DNA of 64,000 nucleotides, from the NCBI GenBank assembly GCA_051294375.1, contig CM119270.1, positions 20,668,417 through 20,732,416 of the forward strand. The letters are read 5' to 3'. Below are positions 13,176 to 25,347 of the stretch, one piece after another. Source of the stretch: Paraspadella gotoi (taxonomy: Eukaryota; Animalia; Chaetognatha). Every line of letters starts with the position of its first letter. Positions within the stretch are counted from its first letter, which is position 1. A program made the translations under genes and the position numbers. The notes beneath the pieces are model-generated. The model did no database searches and was not told where the DNA came from. It saw nothing but the letters and a program-made list of their open reading frames with translations.

Positions 13176-16100
13176 AGAGAGAGAAGAGGAGAGAGGAGAT
13201 GACCGTCGTCGGAAATTTGGCAATGGAAGTTTTTGGTTTTCTTCATTCAGTGCTTCGCAGAGAGATTCTTTAAGTGTTAGATATATAGTAATTGGGATAC
13301 AAAAGCTGTCGTTGGAATCGAACGCAGTGACCATCTCCACGGCTAATCGAAACCTTTTCATCCCAAAACGCCCACCTGTCGCGGAAAGATTTAAACGGGA
13401 ACTAAAACTAAAAACATAAACAAACCAAACAACAACAAAACGATAGAACCTCAACGTGTGCAGACGAAGATGAGATTTCTAATGTAAACTCGGTGCAAAA
13501 TGATCTCTCTTTCTCTCTCTCTCCTCTCTTCTCTCTCTCTTCTCATCTCCGCCTGCTCCTCCCTTGTCATCTCCTGCTCTCTTCTGGCTTCCTTATGCCC
13601 TCTTCCCGAGACCGGGAATAGCAATGTCCGGCGACGAAAAGTGACGGGAACAGAACCTCAACGGAATTTTCGTCCTGATGGTTGGACGACGGGGACGAAG
13701 TATGAAGAGACGAGGAGCGAAAATGACAATAATTGACGAAAAATTGACCAAGCAAGCAAAAATTATGACGTTTGAAGGGCCAAAAGGACGACGATTGAAC
13801 AATGACTAAAACAGATGAAACAGCGACGCATTGATTTAGTGAACCATCGGAACTATGATTATGAAGATTTGACAAGAAGTGATGATGATATTATATGACA
13901 TGATTGACAAAGAATTATGGATGACCGACGGAAGAGATGGGAGGAGATTATAGTACGTGGATGAGTTGATTACAGGAACTGTCTGACAACGACCCGACGA
14001 TGGGCGACCGATGATCGTATTAGATGTCGACACTGATTGATGACGACAACGATGTAACACAGATGACCCTATTAAGGCGTAAGTAAAATGTTTTCTTGAA
14101 TAGGTTAATAACTAAAAGTGAGGACGACTAACTTTAATTAAATTCTAAAAGTGAGGGAGACGACGACAACATTGATAACTAATGTGAACATTTACTTATA
14201 AAAAAATTTTATAATAAACTTTGATAGCAATTTACGCAGTAGGCCACTATTTATAACCTAGTACTAATGGCAATAAAATGTTTAAAGTTTCAAAACAGTT
14301 TTTTTCTTAAGGAAATTTTTTTTTGGGCAGATTTGGAGTTCGTTCATAAAAGTGGATTGGAGACAAGAAATATAACTCTTTTTAAAAATAATTCTTTCAT
14401 TAAGTGGGTCAAACCAATTTAAAAATAGCTATATTTTTAAGAAGCTGAAATTTGTTTTTTTAATATATTAAAATAGCGTTTTGTTTTTAAGGAATATTTT
14501 AACCGCACTTAATGGAAAGATATTTTAAAAATATAATTATTTTATTCTTTTTATCAACTTTTGGACGAGGAATTCAAATCGTGCAATCAAAATTAAGAGA
14601 AGCCTATTTTAAAATATTTTCGATTTCTAGATTACAAGGATAGGTACGTATGATATTATAAATATTAGGGCTCTACTGGTTGAAATTAAAAACATAAATT
14701 AATATTTTTTTACAAATTAATGTTTCAACCATGGATGGCTAGTGTTGGCTTATGAATTTTGACGCCTTTAGGAATTTTGCATACCGTGTAACTCTTCGCA
14801 CTACAACCTTAATTGAGCTGTATAATGACAATGACAACAATGGAAGACGGAAAATTAACAAAAAAATTTATAACGTTTAGGAAGAAGATTAATGACGACA
14901 ATAATTAATGACAATGAAGCGAACAATAAAAGCGACGAAGACGACAAAGATGAAGACAAAGATGAAGGCATTTCTTTCGATCGGGTCATTCACTTCGATG
15001 TCATTTCGCTTTCTTGAGTCATTCAATTCTGTGAGTCATTTCACTTCATGGTGAGTTCATTCACTTTCTTCAGGCCGTTCACACCTTTGGATTGTACTAT
15101 CTAGGAAAAAAGTATATAGCATTTTTAATAAAGGATATCTTATTCGAAAAATTATTTGATTAAAAAATCAGAATGTTTTTCGGATCTACATTTGAATTTT
15201 TTTCAGTAGCTTAACCTTCCATTTTTTGTAGCGTCAAATCGTTTAGAAGTTACAGCGCCAAAAAATATTGTTACTTCAAATAAAATAGCGAAAAAATTTT
15301 TCCAATATTTATTTGGGTTTTTTTCCTTTTAATTTTTTTTTTAATATTATTTTAATGCAGTTTATATTATAATAGTTCTGCTTAGTCATATGGACTCAAA
15401 CATGACTCTATTGTCGTTTTCCAAAATCTTCCCTTTTTGTTTCAATTTAATAAGTGTTATATACCTAAAAGAGACTGGAGAAAGACATTGCATCAAGCCA
15501 AACCATTGGTGTCTGAAAGAATTTCCTTAAAGATTGGATAAGACATTTTCACTGTCATAAATCACAATTTGCTGTATGAGTAGAATGCCCACGAGAAATG
15601 CGTGCGAGTATCGATAGCCGAGGAGGGGGTCCTATACTCAAATATGAGAATGTTTTACCCTGTTTTGTATCATCAGCACTTTTTATTAGATAAATGAATT
15701 ATTTATATACTTTTTTCCTAGATAGTATTATGTATATATTATTTTTTTCTAGATTAAGTTATAATTTTTTTTAATATTTCTCCCAAAGGAAATTGGTGCA
15801 TTAATCTTTGTATTTTGGTTAAAATATTGAAAAATGCAGATCACTATGTTTTCATCTTTCTCTCTCTTCTCTCTCTCTCTCTCTTCTCTCCTCTCCCCCT
15901 TATTCCTTATCTTTTCTTTTCTCCTCTAATCTATTATTACTTTTCTTTCTTCTCTTTTCCTCTTACTTTCTCTCCCTTCTCCTCTCCCTTATCTTTCCTT
16001 CTGCTCTCTCCCTGTCTCGTCTCTCTTACTTTTCCGCTTTAACTTCCCTCACCATCTCCCCATATTCTTTATCTCTTTTTTTCCTCTGCCTTCACTCCAG

Positions 16101-17409
16101 CATTTCTTTATTTCTCTTCTCCTTTTCTTTACCTCTGTTCCTCTGTCTCCCTCTCTCCATGCTTATCTCCTTTTCATCCTTTCTCTACTCCCTCCCTCTT
16201 CTCCTTTCATCTTTTCCCTCTCTCTCCCCCCTCACTCTCTTTCTCGCTTCCACCAAGTGATAGAGCGCCCGGGGACTGTTACGGCAGAATAGATAGTATT
16301 GATTATGATCCTCGCGCCCGATTTCTCTTTGGTAATGCTAGCTGCAAGAGACATGATGAGTAGATAGACCAGAGACGAGAAGATTGAGAAGAGAGAGAGA
16401 GAGGCATGGAGAGAGAGATGTAGAGTTGAGAGAGAGATGAGAGGTGAAAAGGAAAATTAAGGAGACAATATAAAAGTTAAAAGTAAGTGGAATATTTACG
16501 CGAGTTGTCTTTGGGCACTTCATTTGAGAAAAAGACGTGGCCCTATTGTTTTAGAGAATAAAGGGTTGATTTATATCGTTCTAAGTTCAAAAAAAATTAA
16601 GATTAACGGATTTAAATAATTAGAAGAGTACATACATAGTGTGGCATTTTCGTTTGGTTCCTAGGTGATGCGTTGTGTCATTATCGATGGATTGAAAAAC
16701 TAAACGTTGAGCTACGTATTTTTACGTGTTAAATATACGTAAAGACTTGAAACACAGTACTTGTTTGATTATTATGTTAAACGTTTTGTTTGTGGAACGA
16801 TTAAGAAGTTACAAACCAGTTTCGAATCGTGCCCGCGATAATTTAGTGCAGTGAATACAACAGATGAATAACTGCTGCCTAATGGGAAGGTAAAAAAATC
16901 TCTTAGAATATGGTAACAGTGTCTGGCCAATATGTAAATCAAAGGGACTTTGAAACTGAACTGTTACTGTGGCTTATAATGCTAATATACTGCGGCTCGG
17001 GATGTTTATGTCCTACTTAATATTTGCTATTATAAAAAAAATATTTATAAATCAAACAATATATTTTTTGTTTCAATAATATATTATTTATTCATTAGTC
17101 AATACTTTGATTCCAGATACATATTAAATTAAAATAAAATAAAATAAGAATAAGAAAAATACTTGTTAAAAAATATTTTAAATTGTTTGTGCAAACAACG
17201 CATTTTGCATTGTAGCAAGGACGTACATGTTTTGTCTATCATGACATTACAAGCCTTCGTCAGCGTCAAGAATTTTTGTGTAATTTTTTGAAAAGAAACA
17301 TTGTAGTGCAAAGGAGAAAAGACGTTGAAAGAGAGAAAAAGTGAGGAGAGAGAGAGAGAGAGAGAGAATGAGAGATGAGGGAGAGAGAGAGAGTGAGAAA
17401 GAGAGAGAG

Positions 17410-17680
17410 AGAGCGGCAAAGTTTCCAACACAGAGTTGAGCAAAAGAACAGTGCGTCAGATGTGAGGCACAGGTTAGGTGAAGACAGAGGTGAGCTAGAA
17501 CATACAGAAAATACTGCCACCTATTGTAGACGGTCAACTGGGTCTCGTGCGTCCCATGACCCGAACTGGTTCTCAAGCAGGTATTAGCAGAGGCAATATA
17601 CATCAAAAGCCCTTGGAGCCCCTCTTGAAACGTGATGAGGACGATTCAATCTCCCGTAAAAGCTATTGATAGCGCCGTTA
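17410..17680 (+). mobile_element. Second (probably artefactual) copy of the Penelope-like fragment
   Basis: Same sequence as 11560-11830 with different indels. Confidence 0.7.
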
Positions 17681-18749
17681 GGTCAAAAGCGGTGGGTGGA
17701 GGCCCCGTCTCCACCGACGTCGCGCAAAGACTCCCTGTATCCACTCAACAAACAGGCGGAACCTTTGCGCAGCCATGGAGGAGGAAACGATGCCTCTTTC
17801 AACTGCGCAGAACTCACTGCTCGTCAGCAGGCGAGAAGAGGGCAGTCGACGGCGCTACCAAGCCAGAGAGACATAAGGGATAGCTTTTGCAGTCTTCCGC
17901 AACGAAGCCTCCCTAGTGTCCGAACAGCATACGAGGCTCAACCACTATGACCTCTCAGAGCATTGAGCGGGCAACAATTGACTCGACCATGGCTCGTCAA
18001 GGCCTTGTTATTTGGCTTGCAAGGGGGCATAGCTCTGATTTTGAGCTCTTTGCTTAGATTCGTTAACTTCGCTTTTTTCTGTCTTTTAAACTTAAGATTT
18101 AATTGACTATCGGTCTCAAATTTCACTTTGTTCCAAATTTCATTTTTACACACTTTCACTTTATCTATTTAGTTAGATTAAATTGGTTACAAATATTTAT
18201 TTCACTGTCAGTTTAAATAATTAAGTTATGCTTTGTTGTAACATTGCACAAGTATTGATTTATCTAATATTTTTCTCTCTTCATCTCTCTCTTTCTAAAT
18301 AGTATATATATTTATTATGACACGAAGTTTTAATTTTCTGATTCAGCAATATAGTTCTCACAAGCCTGTCCTTCACCATAAACTGTCCTCATATCTGACC
18401 ACTGGTTGCTCTGGCTGCAATCTGTTGTGGAAACGTTTGCCCTCTCCTCCTATCTCTTACTTCGTCATCGTACGTCTCTCGTCTGGCTTCTCTCGTCGTC
18501 TGCTGCTCTGCTCGNNNNNNNNNNNNNNNNNNNNNNNNNTTTTTTTTTTCATTCACAAAAATTTTATTTCGACAAAATCCAATAAAAAAAGGAGAGAAAA
18601 TCAAAAATTCGAAGAAAAAGAAGAAAAAAAAAAGGAAAAAAGACGAACGGTCGAAGAACGAATGTCATGGATCGAAATAATTATACAATAAACAATGAAC
18701 ATTAAACAAACAAAAATAATAAACGTTAACCCGAACAATGAAAAAAAGT

Positions 18750-19057
18750 CTCTTATTCGGGAGACCCCCATTTCTGCTCTTTTTTCTCAGAATTTAATTT
18801 TCATCTTAATATTTAATCTAAATACATCAATAAATCAATATTTCTAAAATTATAAATCAATCCCCAACCCTAATCGTCAACTCTTATATTTAATCTTTAA
18901 CCCAAAATACTAGTCACTAACACTAATCACAAACCAAATCACTAACCTTAATCACTAACCTAATTTTTAACCCTAACTTTAACCTAATTTTTAATTAAAA
19001 AGATAATATAATGCAGAATTGAGGATGAAATGCAGCCTTCTGGGAAAATAAGGCCAA
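18750..19057 (-). mobile_element. Second copy of the short TIR element
   Basis: Ends match 32975-33317 in reverse orientation; interior rich in CTAACC/AACCCT. Confidence 0.55.
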
Positions 19058-19324
19058 AATGGGATATCTTACGAACGCAAAATAAAGCAAAATTTGCGAT
19101 AACAAAAAATAAAAAAAAGAAATTAATTAAAATGANNNNNNNNNNNNNNNNNNNNNNNNNNNNNNNNNNNNNNNNNNNNNNNNNNNNNNNNNNNNNNNNN
19201 NNNNNNNNNNNNNNNNNNNNNNNNNNNNNNNNNNNNNNNNNNNNNNNNNNNNNNNNNNNNNNNNNNNNNNNNNNNNNNNNNNNNNNNNNNNNNNNGAGAG
19301 AGAGAGAGAGAGAGAGATCAATTC

Positions 19325-19823
19325 TCAATGACTCGATCTCTTTTCGTTTCTCTTTTTCTTCTTTTCCTCTTTTTCCTTTTTTCTCTTCCTTGCATCAGAA
19401 TCCTCATTGGCGGATCCGCGTTCCTTTCTCGATCGCTGATTGGCCAAGTCTTTCGACCCCTGATTGGCCGATTCTATCGATCCTCGATCGCCGGAAATTC
19501 GTTCCGGTGCCGAACTTTTCGAAGTCCATATTTTGTCGCTCGCGCTTCGTTTTCCGTATCCTTTCGCACGATCGTGAACTCGACTCTGATTGGCCGACGA
19601 TCTTCGAGCGGGTTGACGAATCTCGAACGCTGATTGGCCGCCGTTGCCACCGCCGCCTCCGCCGCGGCGGGACGAAGACGGCGTCGAAATCGCGGACTCT
19701 GATTGGCTGAAATCCGGAGCTCTCTGCTTCGACGCAGGAGACGCGGATTTGAAGGCAGGAATCTTCCTAGTCTCCCAGGCGCCGTTTCCCGCCAAAGTCA
19801 CCGCAACCATCGTCGTCGTCGTT

Positions 19824-19854
<31 letters not shown>

Positions 19855-20199
19855 TCAAGTCTTTCGCGCTTCTCGCCGCCGAGGTGGTCGATCGCGGCGT
19901 AGAACCGCCGCCACAGTTTCTGAGGTCACCGCCACAGTTCCTGAGGTCACCGCCACAGTTCCTGAGGTCACACCCACAGTTCCGGCTTCCTTCCCCACAG
20001 TCGTGGCTTTCTCTTACACATTCGGATGTGGTATCTCTTTTTTTAAACGGCGACGGAGATGCTGCTGCGGGAGCCGCTACCACTACTGTCGCTCCTGCCG
20101 CTCCTGCCGCTGCGCCGGCTCGATCTTTACTGTTCGTTCTCGTCGCGTAGTGAACATTGTACTGACCGCTGCGTTCGTTGAGTTCGATCTCTTCGTCGC
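19325..20199 (-). CDS. Putative terminal exon encoding a disordered, low-complexity region (host gene uncertain)
   Basis: GC-rich ~290-codon open frame beginning after a pyrimidine-rich acceptor (CTTCCTTTTACTAG); contains 21-bp in-frame repeats (CGGDLRN); no recognisable domain. Confidence 0.4.
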
Positions 20200-20386
20200 C
20201 TAGTAAAAGGAAGACGCTGATTGGTCGAGGGTTACAAAATAAAATGATCTGATTGGTCAAGGTTTTGATGAAAGAAAGAAAGGTATATATTGTAATATTA
20301 AATTTGTAATATTAAGAATATTTAGCTATTAACTTTGTTTGTTGGGGTACTTTTTCATAATTCATATTATTTGGGTCGAGCTTTAA

Positions 20387-20424
<38 letters not shown>

Positions 20425-20524
20425 CTCTCCCTCTCTCTCCTCTCCTCATCCTCTCTCTTCTCTCCTTTATGTTCTCTCTCTCTCTCTCTCTTCTCTTCGC
20501 CAGTTCCAATTCTTCTCTTTGACA

Positions 20525-21547
20525 ACGCCTTAACCCTCCGGAGACTCTTGGTGAGTTATTTATAAACGAAAGGGTTAAAAGGAGGTTGTCAGTGGTTTTT
20601 TCTCCTTCCGACTCTTTTCTGTCTCTCTTTCCTCATTTTTATTACCCCCTTTTTCCCTCGGTTTACCTTTCTCCTCCTTCCTCCTCTCTGGGTCCTTCAC
20701 TCTCCTCTCGCCATTCCTCTCTATTCCTTCTCTTATTATTGCTCTTTTTTCTCTTCTTTCTTCTCCCAAAATAGCGCCCTACTCTCTTTCTTTTATCTTT
20801 ATTCCTTCTTTTCCTTCTTTTCCCTTTATTTTCCTTTTCTCCATTGCTCTTTTTTTTTTGTTGCTTTTCCTTTCTTTTTTCTTCATCGGCTTTTTTTTTC
20901 TTTCTTTCTCGGCGATTGCCATCAAATTTAGGTCAAAGAAAATCTTCTTGTAATTTGGTCAAAAACCAAAACATTTTTTTTTTCTGCTTCGAAAATAAAC
21001 GAGGAAAACAAATGCGCCATTTTATGGAGCAACCAGAATAGTTTCGGAAAAAAAAAACCTTGTATATTGTAGCAGTGAACAAATACTCTTAAACAATGTT
21101 TTAACCAAACTTCAAATGCAAATCTCATCACATCCTGGCGCCTTTTAATCAAGACTTCTGGGCCTGTCACGCTTCTCTCAAAGGAAAGAAGGAGGAAGGA
21201 AGGAAGGAAGGAAGGAAGGAAGGAAGGAGGAAGAGAAAAAAGGAAGAATGAATATAAAAGGGAAGGAGAAAAAGAGAGAAACAAGGAAGGAAGAAAGAAA
21301 GGAATGAAGGAGAGGAAAGGAAGGATGAAGGAGGGAAGGAAAGATGAAGGAAGGAAGGAAGGAAAGAAGAGAAGAAGGAAGAAAGAAGTTAGGAAGGAAA
21401 AGAAGGAAGCAGAAGCAGGAAAGAAGGATGAGGGAAGGAGGAACAAAGTAATTATCGAAGAAATGTGTGGAAACTAAGTGGATGAAAGAAAAAAAGAGAA
21501 AGGTTCTTTTGGTAGTATACCTCTCTCTCTCTCTCTTTCTTCTCTCT

Positions 21548-21583
<36 letters not shown>

Positions 21584-23010
21584 CTTCCTCGTCTCTCTCT
21601 CTCTTTCTCTCTCCCTTCTCCGGAAATATTCGAGGTTATAAATTATAATCAGACTCCCTCTACGCACGAACAGGAGATATTTTTTCTTTCTCTCTTTCTT
21701 TTTCTCTCATTTATTCTCTTCTCATTTCACGGGAAAGATTGTCAAGAAGGTTTTTTTTACCGAAAACAGAATCGCNNNNNNNNNNNNNNNNNNNNNNNNN
21801 CTCTTGGTGAGTTATTTATAAAACGAAAGGGTTAAAAAGGAGGTTGTCACGTGGTTTTTCTCCCTTCCCTTTCTTTTCTGTCTCTCTTTCCTCATTTTAT
21901 TTACCCCCTTTTTCCCTCCTTTCCTTTTCTCCCTTCCTCCCTCCTGTCCTTCCTCCCTCCTCGCCATTCCTCTATTCCTTTCCTTATTTATTGCTCTTTT
22001 TTCTTTCTTTCTCTCCAAATAGCGCCCTCTCTCTTTCTTTTATCTTTATTCCTCTTTTCCTTCTTTTCCCTTTTATTTTCCTTTTTCTCCATTGCTCTTT
22101 TTTTTTGTTGCTTTTCCTTCCTCTTTTTCTTCATCGGCTTTTTTTTTTCTTTCTTTTCTCGCGATTGCCACTCAAATTTAGGTCAAAGAAAATCTCTTGT
22201 AATTTGGGTCAAAAACCCAAAACATTTTTTTTCCTGCTTCGAAATAAACGAGGAAAAAAATGCGCCATTTTGATGGAGCAACTCAGAATAGTTCGGAAAA
22301 AAAAACTTGTATATTGTACAGTGAACAAAATACTCTTAAACAATGTTTACCAAACTTCAAAATGCAAATCTCATCACATCCTGCGCTTTCTACATCAGAC
22401 CTCTGCCTGTCACCGCTTCTCCATCAAGGAAGGAAGGAAGGAAGGAAGGAAGGAAGGAAGGAGGAATGATGAAAATAAAGGAAGGAAGAAGTTGAATGAA
22501 GAAGGGAAGGAGAAAAAAGAGGAAACTAAGGAAGGAAGAGGAAAGGAAAGGAAGGAAAGGAAGAGATGAAGGAAGGAAGGAAGGAAGGAAGGAAGGAAGG
22601 AAAGAAGAGAAGAAGGAAGAAAAGAAGTTAGGAAGGAAAGAAGGAAGCAAGAAAGCAAGGAAAGAAGGAATGAGGGAAGGAAGGAACAAAGTAATTAATG
22701 AAGAAATGCTGTAGGAAACAAGGGATGAAAGAAAAAAAAAGAAAGGTTCCTTTTGGTAGTAATACCTCTCTCTCTCTTCTTTCTCTCGTCTCTCTCTTCT
22801 CTCTCTTCTCTCTCTCTCTGCTCTCTCTCTCTCTCTTCTCTCCTCTCTCTCTCTCTTTTCTCTTCTCCCTTCTCCGGAAATATTCGAGCTTATAAAATTA
22901 TAATCAGACTCCCTCTACGCACGACAGGAGATATTTTTTTTCTTTCTCTCTTTCTTTTTCTCTCATTTATTCTCTTCTCTTTCACGGGAAATTGTCAAGA
23001 GGTTTTTTTA
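20525..23010. repeat. ~1.25-kb tandem duplication across the 25-N gap at 21776-21800, likely artefact
   Basis: 20525-21775 and 21801-23010 are colinear noisy copies starting CTCTTGGTGAGTTATTTATA. Confidence 0.9.
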
Positions 23011-23051
23011 AGCGACAGAGAGAGAGAGAGAGAAGGAGAGAGTAGAGGAGA

Positions 23052-23097
<46 letters not shown>

Positions 23098-23351
23098 GGA
23101 AGGATCTGGTCTTGACGAGGCTGTCTGTGCGTGGGTGTGTGAATCCGTTTGTGTGGGTTTTTCCGGGTTTGTAAATCATTTTTATTTATAATGTGTACTG
23201 GTTTCTTAGATGTTTAGATCTTTCATATTAAGATTATACTTTAGTTATACTTTCTGTACTTGCTACTTGGGATGACGTTAAAAAATTTTTCAATCTTATT
23301 TGTTATTATTTTATCTAAATCTGCTATGCCTTAATTTAATTATTTGTCATC

Positions 23352-23401
23352 TTACTTCTTTTTTAAAGATATTTTCTCATGTGATTGAATTGTCCTATTG
23401 G

Positions 23402-23438
<37 letters not shown>

Positions 23439-23537
23439 CTTCTCGCCTGATTTTCTTTTCCTTTGAGATCCTTTGTAAACGACTTCATTTGCGATCAATT
23501 CCATCCTTAATTCTTCCTCGAATATTCGATCCATTTT
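23352..23537 (-). CDS. Putative additional LHFPL6-like exon (cytoplasmic tail KMDRIFEEELRMELIANEVVYK..)
   Basis: Acceptor CCTCCAG ending at 23538; phase 0 fits the donor after ..FRPP at 23922; 3' end uncertain. Confidence 0.45.
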
Positions 23538-23900
23538 CTGGAGGTAAAAAAACATAGCATTAAAGAAAAAAAATTAATAAAAATTAAAAGAGTACATACG
23601 CAATATGGTTGGATCAAAATCAGAAAATTTGAAATCCTGATCCATATTATTTAACAATGTTTGTATGAATAAAAATGCAGTCACGTGAGATATAGGAAGG
23701 TCGTTTAATTTTTCCTTAAAAAACCTTCAAATTAGTTCCTCAAATTTCTCTCAAAAAATGTTATAAATATTTTTCAACAAAGTAAAAGAAAAATTGTAAT
23801 AAAAATCGAGCCATCCTCCCGAAAAAAAAAAGATTAACCTTTTGTTTTTATCTAGTATAATGTGTATCAATACACACTTTATGAGAAACCCATTTCCGAC

Positions 23901-25278
23901 TCAGATCCAAAGGCAACCCACCGGCGGTCGAAACGCCAGCGCCAAAAACGGCGCCAAGATGTTAGCGACGGCGCCGGCGATGACGCAATGGAACGCCCAC
24001 CAAACGCGACAAGCGCCGGGAGAGTAGGCGTGGCTCGTGGCGCCGCAAACTTGACGAACTTCGGAAGAATTCCATCCGTTGGGGTAAATGATGCAGCTCA
24101 CGCCTGAGAGGAGGATAGGGATTGATGGAGTGGGATTGATGGAGTGGGATTGATGGAGTGGGATTGATGAAGTGGGATTGATGTAGTGGGATTGGTGGAG
24201 CGGGATTGATGAAGTGGGATTGATGGGAGGGGATTGATGGAGTGGGATTGATGGAGTTGGATTGATGGAGTAGGAAGGATGGGGTGAGATGAAATGTGAT
24301 AAATTATGAAGCTGACGCCACGTGGGATATCTGATAAAGTTAAGATTGATGCGGCTCTTGGGGAAGAGAGGCTGGAGAGAATGATGATGATAATCATTTT
24401 TAAAAAGTAATATATTTTTGTTAAAATTATATGTTAAAACAAGTAAGCTAAATTACAAATTTGTACTAAATTGTAATTGTAATAAATAATCCTTCAGAAT
24501 GATGCCAAAATTACTAAAATTCTACACACGAAACCAACAGGGAAATTCTGTATTTTTTATTTCGATTAAAAATACGCGAGGAAATTGGGAATTTAAACGA
24601 AAACGAGGCTCTCGTCTCGGGCTCGTTTGACAAAAGAGCATCTGTTGTCGCTCACTTTCATCCTTTCGCTCGACGAAAGGGAAAAATTAAAAGCGATGAA
24701 GCGGAAAGAGGAAAAATCCAAAATGGCGCAAATGGAAGACAATCTTTAAAAAATGGAAAAAAAAAGGGAAAAATCCAAAATGGCGGAAATGGTATCTCAT
24801 CACAAAATGGGTACATAAAAATATGGAAAAATGGAGAAAACATAATCCGATCGTACGGAGATAAATAGAGTTTAAACTAAAATATTTTCAAAAAAAGAAA
24901 GAGAAAATATAAAGTTTAAAAATATCATTGCTTCTAATAAGAAAAACAAATCCGCAGTTTTTTTTTTTTTTTTTTTTTTGTTAAAAAATTTACAGATAAA
25001 AAAGTTAAGAAAATCGAAAGATTTGAAAAAAGTTGAGGAAATGGAATTCAACAAAAAGTTTGGATAAAGAAGATAGTAAATGATATAGCAGTAAATTTTA
25101 AAAAGGAATTCTGATATCCTTTTTATAGTTGATATCTTTGTTGTAAAATCCAAAATAAAAAATGAATTTTATCTTTAGTTGTTTTTTTGTTTTTATTGTT
25201 TTTTTTATCTCGAAACTCAGGGAAAAATGTGGTAGGAGTTTTTTTATCATTTTCTCTATCAAACCTGAAACTGGAAGT

Positions 25279-25347
<69 letters not shown>

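Larger units (their letters stand above)
6790..18514. repeat. ~5.85-kb tandem duplication (6790-12650 / 12676-18514), likely gap-filling artefact
   Basis: Two indel-riddled colinear copies, each ending in the identical ..CTGCTGCTCTGCTCG directly before a 25-N gap. Confidence 0.9.
5440..21800. other. Assembly gaps at 5440-5464, 12651-12675, 18515-18539, 19136-19295, 21776-21800
   Basis: Runs of N; four are exactly 25 N, one is 160 N. Confidence 0.98.
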
